Below, piece after piece: positions 1 through 12,555 of a DNA stretch of 64,000 nt; position 1 is the first letter of the stretch, and each line of letters opens with the position of its first letter. Both the position numbers and the translations under genes were made by a program. A model generated the notes under the pieces. That model had not been told where the DNA came from. It saw only the letters and a program-made list of their open reading frames with translations, and did not search any database. Source of the stretch: Utricularia gibba (lineage: Eukaryota; Plantae; Magnoliophyta); assembly GCA_002189035.1 (NCBI GenBank), contig NEEC01000004.1, positions 4,092,001 through 4,156,000 of the forward strand, in the 5' to 3' direction.

Positions 1-2047
1 TCAAGAATGAGTGTGTGGATACGGGAAGCTTGCAAAGCTGGAATTTCTGTCATTTGCTCACAGAAACGGAAATCTCCAGTATGTAGCACAGGCTGGTAAA
101 CGTGAAAAGCTGTATCAATGCCAGAAACAAAATGCAAAGGCAAGAATTTGGAAAGCAGCTTTCACTGATTTTTTGACAGACCTTACCGTTAGGAGGCTCA
201 AACAGGATTATGATTGCACCAGGGCAGTGATTTGCATCGAAGCATGTTACATCGACTCCTGCAATGTTAATCTTTTGGTTGAGAGGTAGAACATGTATTC
301 TCTGCATTGGTATCCCGATTTTCAGATTAACTAGCTTCGCTGTGATTGAGGAACAGTACACCATCCCATGGCAGAAGGACTTGGTGAGGCCTTGATAATC
401 TATGGAGCAACAAAACAGTGAATGTTTAGTTACTGTCATTTCTTTGCATGAGTGAGAGTGACGAAGAGGTAATATCCTTAACATCAGAATACGAAACCAT
501 ACACAACCAAATAATGCAATTTCTGAGGTGTAATGGTAACAGACGTACGATCTAGATGAAAGTGAGACAGAAACCAGTGTGAGCAATCTCTTCTCAGATG
601 CTTAAAGGCGTCCTGCAAAAAGAACACATTATACCAGAAAAAAAAAAGGACAAATGGATCAGGTAGATGGAGACTATTGGCAGTCAAAGAGAGTAATTAG
701 ATCATGTTAATCGAAAGTTCACCACTCGAAATGGGGTCCCTGGAATACAACACCACGATGGGACATCCTTCTGCTTGCTGTTCCTTAAACAATCTCCTCT
801 TTGAGATCTCTTATTAGCGGGTTGTGGCTGACTTCTTACAGGATTATTTTTTCACTTGTCACAATGCACCGTTTTTTTGTCTCAAAGTTACAACCTGAAA
901 AGAAATCAGTTATCAGCTTGTTTCCTCCAGATTTTGCTTCACATGACGGTATTTTCGAAACTTCTGTCCTTGTTTCAACTTCTCGGGCGGTATCATTCCT
1001 CAAATCATACATAGCATGGAGAATTTTTTTTCTTGGACCAAGCGCTGTAATACCAAGAGTGCATAAATCCTTCAAAAACAAGTATAACAATAAATTTTTG
1101 TGCTATAGTTCTGATAAAACATAGGAAAAGATGCAGCACAGATACTATTTTTACAGTTCACAACACAGCATTGGAGCCTATATAATTAGCCTGAAGGAGG
1201 CAAACTTTAAACACATAGGAAACATCTGCAAAATGAAGAATCAGGATCTTAAAGTGGTACCCAAAAAAATGACACACATTCAAACCTCTTCAGTGAGCCA
1301 CTGCAATGCAACCATATCAATCTCATGAGTCGTGAAAACTTCTTCATATTTCGAAAGACCCAAATTGCGTAGCCACTCAGCGATCGGGGATGATTCCTTG
1401 ACATCTTCAGCCAAAGGGAAATCCACTACTTGCCCTTGGCAATGCTCCATTTTTTCATCATCATGATGTCTAACCTACAGGATTTAGCCAGTAAAATTTA
1501 GAGCCTAATCCCCTTCCAATTCTCCAATCAATTCCCAAGATTATGCATCAGAAACTCTAATCTCCATTTTCTATATTACGGAAATCGATATTACAACAGT
1601 ACAGATATTTCCACTAGCTGAAACCAAAGCGGAAGATGAAGATAAAACAATGAACCTCAAAACATGCCAAAGAAGAAATTGTAATTTTACAGTGCTTACA
1701 CCATCCAGACCCTCAAGTTTGTCAAGGCACTCATTACTGTGAGCCAGCCTTTCCTCCTCCATTAGACGAGAAATATCAGCCCCGCAAAGCGGACAACAAA
1801 TCAAGATACCGTTTTCACATTCCTGATCGCCCCTTGAATCCCCGTCTCCCATTTGATCCACATTGTCGCACAGCCTGAGCAACTCATCAAGACCTTCATC
1901 GCCTAAATTTTCACCATCCTCCTCTTCTACCCCCTTCACATTGAACACATCCATGGCCGGCTCAATCGAATCCAACCCACAATCCCAATCCGCTTCCCCA
2001 TCATCCGGGACAAAATTCCCCTCTATAGAATGAGTGAATTTCTCCAT
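1..2047 (-). CDS. SNM1: SAM-domain DNA cross-link repair protein SNM1/PSO2 family (metallo-beta-lactamase nuclease), 3' end outside window; apparent -1 frameshift at 847-852
   Basis: Spliced manually. ATG at 2047; UBZ-like CPLC...AHSNECLD; SAM domain (EWLRNLGLSKYEEVF...|DLCTLGITALGPRKKIL); WCCIPGTPFRV|DAFKHL..HWFLSHFHLD|HYQGL (His codon split across GT-AG intron); FDANHCPG; AVLHTGDFRF. Resembles Arabidopsis At2g45700 (recalled). Confidence 0.92.
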
Positions 2048-2337
2048 TTTCGGCTTGCGCAATGGTTGCTCTCAGAATGCCCCAAAATGGCGGCAGCCAC
2101 TCAATCAGCGCTTCGAGTTGCAGGAAGCTAAAAATTTGGGTTTTGGCGGGGCTTCGAGATTTCAACCCCAACCCGAAATCCAATCCGATATTGGATTGAT
2201 TATTTATTATATATATTTTTGTATATAAATTTATTGTAATCTATAAAAAATAATGTACGTTTATAAATAAATAAATATTATTCAAAATTAATAATATAAA
2301 CTTATTATTTAAATATCAATAAAGAGATAAATAATTA

Positions 2338-2648
2338 GGTGATGTTTGATAGTTGATTAAGATTTAAATTATATGATTTAAAATAAAAAACATATTTTAT
2401 AATTTTAGATTTTGGATTTATAATATATTTGATAAATAGATTTAGATGTGTTATACTTTATAATGAAAAATGTTTTTATTGCAATTTTAATGATTGTTTT
2501 AATATTTATTTTGAAATTAAGAAATAAAAAATAAATTGAAAATAAATATACGATTTAATAAAAATATACCATCTTTTCATTTTTCAATAATATGTATATA
2601 CAATTTTAAATTATTAATAAAACCTATATCCAATTACTAAACCCTCCT
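2338..2648. mobile_element. Tourist-like MITE remnant in F-box 3' flank, re-amplified with the array (copies near 6540-6855, 7210-7515, 8255-8560)
   Basis: Imperfect terminal inverted repeats AGGTGATGTTTGATAGTTG / CCAATTACTAAACCCTCCT around an AT-rich core; TSD-like TTA/TTG. Family assignment is by motif resemblance only. Confidence 0.4.
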
Positions 2649-2687
2649 TGTCTGTCCTCGAATGAATGTAATTCATGCCTCAATCCG

Positions 2688-4169
2688 CTATATCAATGAG
2701 AGCTCCTGTATTTCAATGGCGGACGATGCCTTCAAATGAACCCATTCAGGATACCCATCCCAGGGGACGTCATCGGCCTTGGCTTTGATGACAATCAGAC
2801 TCCGCAGCTGAGACGTCGAGATGGCACAAAAAAATCTCACCAGCAACAGGTGATCCGGAGTGAATTTCATTCCCGATATCCTCACGTGGGTCAAGTGTTT
2901 CAACCTGGCTGGAGACCTCAGAGCCTTCATTAGATGATCTTCATCTCTTTTCCTGTAACGCGGATGCCCACTCCAAATGCGCACTGGGCCTTCTTCAAAC
3001 TATCAAATGACAACATTAAGCAAACGATGTTAGACTCTCCGGTGTAACCAGGTTTCATCGGAAAAGTATTCGCTCACATCAATGGAGACTCTCTGGATCA
3101 TTGGGCATCACAGAGTGAAGATGAGGAAGGGCGCGTGACCGGAGCGAATGTCATATCCCAGAGGAACATGCAAATGAAATTCCTTGACATTCCAAAAGTA
3201 GTAGTCTTGGATCCCCAATCTGAGATCTTCTACAAATGCCTGCAAGTGGAGGAAAACAAGAGGTTATAGCGCCTTTGTCGTCATTAACACAGAACCCTGG
3301 AGACAGGCATGGCATACCCCAGTTGTGCGAAAAGGAAACCCTAGCACATATTTCGTGGCAGAGAAGATTCCGAGATCATGTACTAGGGAATGGCGATGCA
3401 TGACGCAGTCACGAAGTGTGTCATCGTCGCTCACCGATGACTCATATAAGAGAAGGGTGGCATCCACTTCATGGGAGAAGTGAAGCCGCTTCACAGAAGG
3501 AGCAATCATACCGACGGCGAAATACCAAAGACCACAATGCTCAAACACTATTTCCGTCAATTCCTACAAACCTCCCCCGTGAAGGTAAAGAGATTGTATA
3601 GCTTGACACCATTTGAGGTTCAAAACTCGTAATGACTTGCAACTACGTAAAATTTCATTGGCCAAATCCTGTACCAGGTGAATGCCCTCGAGCTTCAGCT
3701 CTTGCAAATTAAAAAGTGGGTTGGAGTTCATGGGCGGTAGCACAGGGATGCAGTTCGTCAAAGACAGGCTTCTCAATTTCTTCGAAACGGGGATGATTCC
3801 CAGATGAATGGGGATGGGCTCCTTCGACAGATGCAAGTCCAGACAAATTTCTTCAAAACCAATGCTGACAACTCTTGCTACCCAGGAATGCACAAGCTCC
3901 TCATTCCCTACTGCATTGAAACACAGTTCGAACCTATGAGCACCAACCCCAGAATGACTGAAGATAATATCACTGGCGATCGTCTTCATCAACTCGTCAT
4001 TGCGTAGCCTTGAGCGGAAGGCTTCATCCAAGGAAACATCATGACAGAACTTGTACGCATCCTTGAATCTCTTTGAAAACTTGAAGATTGCGTAGACCTT
4101 GGTTACCGGCAAAAGAGACAGAATTCTTTTGATAACATCATCGGGCATGTCCATAAACTTGCAATCCAT
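2688..4169 (-). pseudogene. F-box/LRR/FBD protein copy 1, two in-frame nonsense codons
   Basis: N-terminal F-box-like MPDDVIKRILSLLPVTKV; LRR-like LRSLSL/LQELKL/LRVLNL repeats; 3 exons. CAG>TAG at 3564-3566 and CGA>TGA at 3108-3110 relative to paralogues. Confidence 0.88.
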
Positions 4170-5269
4170 TATCCCTAAACAGCGAAACTTGATTCCTTCC
4201 CTAATACCTCTACAAGCAACTTTGCACGTTCAGTATATTAAAATGAACTCAATACAAAGTGAATGTACATATTAATAACAAACAATCTTACATTAATATT
4301 TTAAAGTAAAATAATAAAAAATATATAAAATTATAAATCACTAATAATCAATTATATTTAATATTTTTTAATATAATTTATATTTATTATTTACTTGAGG
4401 TTTATTGTGCTCACCCAACTCAAGTAATCCTTTGAACATAGCATAAGAGTATTTCTCATACGATATGGCTTAGATGGTTAAAATAGGTTTTATATTGATT
4501 TGAGTTTCCGTAAAAAAGAAAATAAAAATATTGAAAAGATGCATTCAACTTAGACAACAACATTAGATTGATCTAATATACAAATATTATCTACAATTAC
4601 AAAAAACATAAATTTAAACCAAATCAAACACCAGTTTAACTTGATAGTAAATATTAGAACATTCATTTTTATATTAGAATTTGAAAGTAAAATAATCAAT
4701 TATATAATAAATTACTTATTAGTGATCATTTAAATCTAATCTTTAATTATCGGATTCTGAATTTCAATAAAATAAAAATGAATTTATATTTCATAATTTT
4801 AAAAATATATTTTAAAATAAAAAATATGTTATATTGTAAAAAAATTAATTATTTTGTAATAATGTACATCTAAATGATTAAAACTTATGAAATGCTCAAA
4901 TTATCAAATATTTCAAAATAAGTTAATTAATCTTACCATTAATTAATTTTTTAAAGAAAACAAAGTACAATTAGTACCCTACCTAACCCCTAATGGCATT
5001 AGCTACTTAAAATATATAAATAATAGTTTACATAATACATTTGAACTCGTATACTTCAAAACCTTATAAATGAAAATTTAATGAAGAAATTAAATTAAAA
5101 TGGTACTATTAAAAAAAATATTGAAATATAAGATTAAATAAAATGATTTTATTTTGTTTTTGAGAATAAAAATACTCTAAAAATTGAAAATAAATGTGTG
5201 CATAATATAAAATAAGAATAAAAATATATAGCATGTGTTTATTTCAACACTCTCAAATCAAGTAGCCCA

Positions 5270-5382
5270 ATAACTAACCTTCAAACTATATTTATTTATT
5301 GGTACGAGTAACGTCTCTTCGCTTGGTGTCAATAGTATGGGGTGTGAGCATTTCACATTCCCCTTCAGCTATATTATATACT
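5270..5382 (-). promoter_or_regulatory. Putative TATA + non-coding first exon (short uORF) + 5'UTR intron donor of the F-box gene
   Basis: GC-richer island conserved in spacers 1, 3 and 4. TATATAATAT at 5371-5380; uORF MLTPHTIDTKRRDVTRTNK* at 5351-5292; donor AG|GTTAGT at 5278; acceptor-like TTTCGCTGTTTAG| just before each F-box ATG. Inference, no transcript data. Confidence 0.45.
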
Positions 5383-5973
5383 GAAAAATTAAATATTTAA
5401 TTATGAATTTAAATAAAATTGAATATAAAAAATATTAAAAACGTATTCAATTCCAAAAATCTGATGCTTGTTTTGAAAGTGTAGAATACACTAAATTGAC
5501 TTAATTTTTGAAAACATTGATAAAATAAAAATATATTTTAAAAATAAATTTAAAAAATCATGTTAATTTTGATTGCATCGATCTGAACACTCATATCAAA
5601 TTTTCTAAAATATTATACAATATATAATCAAAATCAAAAATTTGTATGTAATTTGGTCATCAATAATTTTGATTTTTTGATTATGAAATTCTTGGAATTA
5701 CGAATATTGGCCGTGGGTTCTAAGATCCAAAGGTGTAACATATAAATCTAATATTTAAATAAAAACAAATTATGGCTATATGGATTGTCACTTCTCTACA
5801 TCACATTCATCAAAATTCTTGTTTACGGAATCTATAATAATATTTTTAATTTTGATGAAATTTTATATTCCTGTTTTTTTTTTTTTTCAAAATTTCAGTT
5901 ATTTTCATAATCTGAAATTTCCCAAATTTCAAATAATGGACTAAAGATATGGGATCCAATGTTGTATTAAAAT

Positions 5974-6350
5974 TAAGGGTGATAATAGGATTAATATAAC
6001 CGAATTGATAACCGAATGGAACCGAATTAAATCAGTTCGGTTTCGAATTTATCCAATTATGCGATTAAAAACTAAAAGAATCGATTTTTTTTAAAAAAAA
6101 ATTAACAAGAGATGATTATTAAGATTAACTCAGATCTATAACTGAATAAATGTATAAATTAATAATTAAAATTAAATTACAAACAACAATACATAAAATT
6201 TATCAAATTATCTAAAAAAAATAATGAATTTGATAAATAACTAAATTAATTAATAACCGATTTATGTCAAATTTGACTAACCGAACCCGAACCTAATTTT
6301 TGGATTTCGATTCAATTCTATTTGAAACGATTCGATTAATCCTTTCACTC
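5974..6350. mobile_element. Decayed non-autonomous DNA transposon with AACCG/CGGTT subterminal repeats (also about 11413-11780, 15948-16280, 21994-22310)
   Basis: Degenerate TIRs GGGTGATAATAGGATTAAT / ATTAATCCTTTCACTC; clustered aaccgaa and ttcggtt/ttcgatt motifs at both ends. Present in all four spacers, so it predates the array expansion. Confidence 0.45.
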
Positions 6351-6479
6351 GATTGCTAACCGAATTTTGCTCATTGTTAATCAAGCTGGATGTGTATAGA
6401 ATCCTCAACAGTGGTCGGTGGCATTCTGATATGGAAATGAATCAAAAATCGCAGATTGAGAAACGCACCTACTCAAATA

Positions 6480-8115
6480 TATATTATTCAAAATTAATAA
6501 TATAAAATTATACTTTAAATATCGATAAAAATAAATAATTCGGTGATTTTTTATAATTGATTAAGATTTTAATTATATGATTTGAAATACAATATAATTG
6601 ATGATTATAAATTTCAAATATGTTTGATATATTATATTTTAGAATGAAGATATATTTTTTTGTAATTTTAAATGATTGGTTTTATATTTATTTTGTATTT
6701 AATTACTAAAAAAGATAAATTAAAAACAAATTTATTATTTAGTAAAGATATATTATCTTTTCAATTTTCGACAAAAATATTTATGCGATTTTAATTTATT
6801 TTAAATCATTTAAATAATAATTACTATAAATTGCATCAATTACTAGACTCTCCTTGTCCATCCTCGTCTAAGTTAGTCCATAAATGTACTTTCACACCAA
6901 AATATATTGTATTGCCCTCTTCTTACTCACAGATGATAGCTCTTGGATTTCATTGGTAGACGACCCCTTCAAATGAACCCATTCAGGATACCCATCCCAC
7001 TGGACATCATAGGCCTTGGCTTTGATGACAACTAGACTCAGAAGCTGGTACGTTGACATTATACTATATATATATATATATATTATATTTGTATATAAAA
7101 TTTTCAGTAATATATATATAAAATAATGTATGCTTATCAATAACAATATTATTCAAAAAAATTAATAATACAAACTCATCATTTATATATCAATAAAAAG
7201 ATAAATAATGAGGTGATGTTTGATAATTGATTAAGATTTAAATTATATGATTTAAAATAAAATATATTTTATGATTTAAGATTTAAAATATATTTGATAA
7301 ATGTATTTAGTTATGTTATAAGTTATAATATAAAAATGTTTTTATTGTAATTTTAAATGATTGATTTTATATTTATTTTGAAAGTAATTACTAAAAAGAT
7401 AAATTAAAAATAAATACACGATTTAATAAAGATATATCATATCTTCATTTTCGATAAACATATATATGTGATTTTAAATACCTAATCAATCATATATCCA
7501 ATTACTAAACTCTCTTTGTCTTCCCTCCTCCAACGTTGTACATAAATATAATTTCACACTTAAATCAGCTATATCGCCTTCGTCTTCCTCCGAGATGATA
7601 GCTTCTGAATTTCAATGGTGGATGATGCCTTCAAAGATAGGATGTCGACATAGCACAAAAAAAAAACAAAATATATTTGATAAATTGATTTAGTTATGTT
7701 ATATTACATAATACAAAAATGTTTTTATTGTAATTTTAAATAATCGGTTTTATATTTATTTTGAAATTAATTATTAAAAAAGATAAATTATAAATAAATA
7801 CACGATTTAATAAAGAAATACCATCTCTTCATTTTTCAATAAACATATATATACAATTTTAAATACTTAGTCAATCCTATATCTAATTACTAAACTCTTC
7901 TTGTACTGCCTCATCCAACGTTGTCCATAAATGTAATTTCATGCCTAAATCCACTGCATCCCCTTCGTGTTCCTGCTCCGAGATGATAGTTCCTGGATTT
8001 CAATGGTGGACAATGCCTTCAAATGAACCCATTCACGATACCCATGCCAGGGGACGTCATAGGCCTTGGCTTTGATGACAACCAGAATCCGAAGTTAGGA
8101 CGTCGACATGGCACA

Positions 8116-8178
<63 letters not shown>

Positions 8179-8600
8179 TTATAAATAACAATATTATTCA
8201 AAAAAATAATAATACAAACTCATCATTTCTATATCAATAAAAAGATAGATAATTAGATGATGTTTGATAATTGATTAAGATTTAAATTATATGATTTAAA
8301 ATAAAATATATTTTATGATTTAAGATTTAAAATATATTTCATAAATGGATTTAGTTGTGTTATATTACATAATACAAAAAAATTATTGTAATTTTAAATG
8401 ATCGGTTTTAGATTTATTTTGAAATTAATTATTAAAAAAGATAAATTAAAAATAAATATACGATTTAATAAAGATATACCATCTCTTCATTTTTCGATAA
8501 ACATATGTATGCGATTTTAAATAGTTAATAAAACCTATATCCAATTAATAAACTCTCCTTTTTCTTCCTAGTCCAACGTTGTACATAAATATAATTTCAC
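6480..8600 (-). repeat. Three tandem ~450-570 bp units of MITE flank + truncated F-box last-exon fragment (6892-7055, 7560-7655, 7947-8114)
   Basis: Fragments encode SLVVIKAK.YDV.WDGYPEWVHLK.SS..EIQELS or deleted versions of it; all stop at or next to gtcgacat.gcac + A-run. Confidence 0.88.
8115..8172. repeat. A19 + (TA)n microsatellite
   Basis: Directly visible; shorter (TA)n tracts at about 7062-7083 and 12079-12095. Confidence 0.95.
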
Positions 8601-8602
8601 AC

Positions 8603-10117
8603 CTAAATCAGCTGTATCGACTTCGTATTCCTGCTCCGAGATGATAGCTTCTGGATTTCAATGGTGGACGACGCCTTCAAATGAACCCATTCAGGATAGC
8701 CGTCCCAGGGGACGTCATAAGTCTTGGCTTTGATGACAACCAGACTCCGAAGCTTGGAAGTCGACATACCACAAAAAAATCTCACCAGCAGTAGGTGATC
8801 CGGAGTGAACTTCATTCCCGATATCCTCACGTGGGTCAAGTGTTTGAACATAGCTGTAGAATTAATGGCATTCATCACACGATCTTGGTCCCTTTTCCTG
8901 TAACGCGGATACCCAATCCAAATGCGCGATGGGCCTTCTTCAAACTGTCAAATGACAACATCAAACAAGCGATGTTAGACTCTCTGCCATGACCAGGTTT
9001 CATCAGAAAAGTCCTCACTCACATCCATTAAGACTCTCTGTATCATCGGGCATCGCAGAGTAAAGATGAGGAAGGGGGCGTGACCGGAATGAATGCCGCA
9101 TTCCAGAGGAACATGCAAATGAAATTCCTTCACATTCCAAAAGTAGTAGTCTTGGATCCCGAATCTCAGATCCTCTACAAACGCCTGCGAGTGGAGCAAA
9201 ACAGGAGGTTATAAAGCGTTTGTCGTCGTTAACACAGAATCCTAGAGATAGGAATTGCATACCCCAGTTGTGCGAAAGGGTAAGCCCAGCACATATTTCG
9301 TGGCAGCGAAGATTCCGAGATCATGTACCAGGGTATGGCGATGCATGATGCAGTAACGAAGTGTGTCACCGTCGCACACCGACGACTCATGTAGGAGAAG
9401 AGTGGCATCCACATCATGGGAGAAGTGAAGCCGCTTCACAGAAGGAGCAACCATACAAATAGCGAAATGCCAAAAACTACATTGGTCAAACACTATTTCC
9501 GTCAATCCCTTCAAATCTTCCCCATGAAAGTAAAGGGAATGCACGCTGACGCCGCAACATCGTCTGAGGTTCAAAACTCGCAATGACTTGCAACTGTGAA
9601 AAATATTGTCAGCCACATCTTGTACCAGGTGAATGCCCTCAAGTTTCAACTCCTGCAAATTCGCAAGTGGGTTGGAGTTGATGCTCGACAGCACAGGGAT
9701 GCAGTTCGTCAAAGAGAGGCTTCTCAATTTATTGGAAACGGGGATGATTTCAAGATGAAGGAGGATGAGCTCTATCGAATACAAGTCCAGACAAATTTCT
9801 TCGAAACCAAGGCTAGCAACTCTTGCTACCCAGGAATTCACAAGATCCTGATTCCCTCCTCCATCAAAACATAGTTCAAACCTACGAGCACCAACCCCAG
9901 AATGACTGAAGATAATATCACTGGTGATCTTCTCCATCAACTCGTCATTGCAAAGCCTTGAGCGGAAGGCTTCATCCAAGAAAACATCACGACAGAACTT
10001 GAAAGCATCCCCGAATCTCTTTGAAAACTTGGAGATTGCATAGACCTTGGTTACCGGCAAAAGAGACAGAATTCTTCCGATAACATCATCGGGCATGTCC
10101 ATAATCTTGTGATCCAT
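8603..10117 (-). CDS. F-box/LRR/FBD protein copy 2 (only copy with intact ORF, ~452 aa)
   Basis: Exons 10117-9263, 9184-9023 and 8944-8603; two phase-0 78-bp GT-AG introns; no stops; FBD-like C-terminus (KHLTHVRISGMKFTPDHLLLVRFF...LRSLVVIK). Confidence 0.85.
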
Positions 10118-12135
10118 TATCCCTAAACAGCAAAACTTGATTCCTTTGAGACAATCAAACAACTTTGCACGTTCAGTATATCAAAATGAGCTCAATACAA
10201 TGCTCCATTTAGTTTATTTATAATATGAAATATTATTAAAACAAATAATTTCATATTAATATATTAAAATAAAATAGTTAATTATATGATAAATTAAAGA
10301 TTATTAAAATTGATTAAATCTAATATTTTTAATATAATTCATATTTATTATGTATTTAAATTCAATATATTTATAACATTCTTTGGATCATTAATTTCAA
10401 AATGATATAAGAGAATTTTGCGTATGATATATTTAAATGTTCAATATAAGTTTCATATTAATCTGAGTTCCAATAAAAAAAAAACAAACAAACAAACAAT
10501 TGCATTGAACTTAGACATAAAACTAAATCAATCTATGACACAAGCATTAACTACAATCACAAAAAACCACAAATTTAAACGGGATGAAAGATTATTTCAA
10601 CTTGAGAGTCAATATTAGAAAAATAATCTCATATTGAAATTTAAAAATAAAATAATCAAATATATCATGAATAACTAGTATTATCTAATCGCTTCATGTG
10701 TACCCGTTAATTCCATTCGATTCTTAATTTCAACAAAAAAAATGAATTTATATTTTATAATTTCAAAATAAAAAATATGTTCTATTGTAAGACGTAATAG
10801 TGTACATTGACATGATTAAAAGTTATGAAATGTTCAAATTATCAAATATTTCAAAATAAGGTAATTAATGTTACGATTAATTAATTTTTATTTTAGGTAC
10901 AATTAGGACCCTACCAACTCCAAAGATATTATGCATTGACTTAATTTTTGAAAATATTAATAAAATAAAATTATATTTTAAAAATAAATTAAAAAAATTA
11001 TGTTAACTTTGATTGCATCGACCCAAACCTCCATATCAAATTTTGTAAAATATTATACCAATATATAGTCAAAATAAAAAATTTATATGTAATTGGTTGT
11101 CAATAATTTTGATTTTTTAATCATGAAATTCTCAGAATTACAAATATTGGCCGCAGGTTCTAAGATCCAAAATTTTAACATATAAATTCAATATTTAAAA
11201 TAAAAAAACAACTACGGGTATCTTGATTGTCACTTCTCTAGATTACATTCATAAAAATTCTCGTTTACAAAACCCTAATAATATTTTAAATTTTGATAAA
11301 ATTTCATATATTTCTGTTTTTTTTTTCAAAATTTTGATTTTTTTAATAATCTGAAATTTTCTGAATTTCAAATATTAAACTAAGGATGTGGGATCCAATG
11401 CTGTATTAAACTTAAGGGTGATTATTAGGATCAATACAATGGAAACGATAACCGAATGGAACAAAATTAAATCAGTTCGATTTCGAATTAATCAAATTAA
11501 TCGATTAAAAACTAAACAATTCGATTTTTTTAAAAAAATTGTTTAACCAGAGGTGATTATTATGATTAACCTAATGGCTTAAATGTATAAGATAATACGA
11601 AAAATTAAATTAAAAATAAAAATACAAAAAAAATATTGAATTATCTAAAAAATGGTTAATACAACAAGTAATTGAATTAACCAATAATCGATTTATGCCG
11701 AATTTCACTACTCAAATCAAACCCAATTTTTCGATTTCGATTCAGTTCTGTTTGAAATGATTCGGTTAATCCATTTTCTCGATTACTAACCGAGTTTTGC
11801 TCACTGCTAATCAAGCTTGATGTGTATAAAATCCTCAACGGTGGTCGGTGGCATTTTGCTATGGAAATGAACCAAAAATTGTAGGCATTGAAACGCATCT
11901 ACGCAAATATATATTATTCAAAATTAAGAATACAAACTTATACTTTAAATATCAATAAAAAGATAAACAATGATATGATGTTTGATAATTGATTAGGATT
12001 TTAACTATATGATTTGAAATAAAATATATGAATATAATAAAAATATACTATCTTTTCAATTTTCAATAAATAAATAAATATATATATATATATATAATTT
12101 TAAATTCTTAATAAAATCTATATCAAATTACTAAA

Positions 12136-12400
12136 TATATATCAAAAAAGAAACATGTTTGGAAGAAACGGAGCACAATTGCAGCGCTAAGCGAGTGATC
12201 CGTGAGACTAGGGCGAAACTGAGCAAAATTGACAAAATCAAGAAAATCAAAGTGCGAAAAAAAAACACACACACACACATCAAGCATTGGGCTTCAGCCA
12301 CGCAGAAGCCCAGTTAGTAAAGGTCCAAGTTCTAATGAAGTGGTTTTTTTTTTTTATTTCATGAAATCCTTTAATATTATTTTTATTTTTAATATTATTA
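12136..12400 (-). promoter_or_regulatory. Unique inserted promoter/5'UTR-like fragment
   Basis: Interrupts the repeated flank and has no homologue in the other units. Site II motifs TGGGCT (12288) and AGCCCA (12307), a (CA)n tract, then a pyrimidine-rich leader-like stretch on the minus strand. Confidence 0.35.
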
Positions 12401-12555
12401 GGATATATCAATTAATGTCAAATTTATATTCATGTGTTTTTATATATTAATTAATAAATATATACAATTTTAAATTATTAATAAATTCTATATCTAATTA
12501 CTAAACTCTTCTTGTACTGCCTCATCCAACTTTGTCCATAAATGTAATTTCATGC

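Noticed and set aside
8095-8135. A19 tract as the poly(A) tail of a retrocopy
   Set aside because: The A-run is antisense to the F-box gene, coincides with a pre-existing coding A7 run and has no TSD; slippage explains it better.
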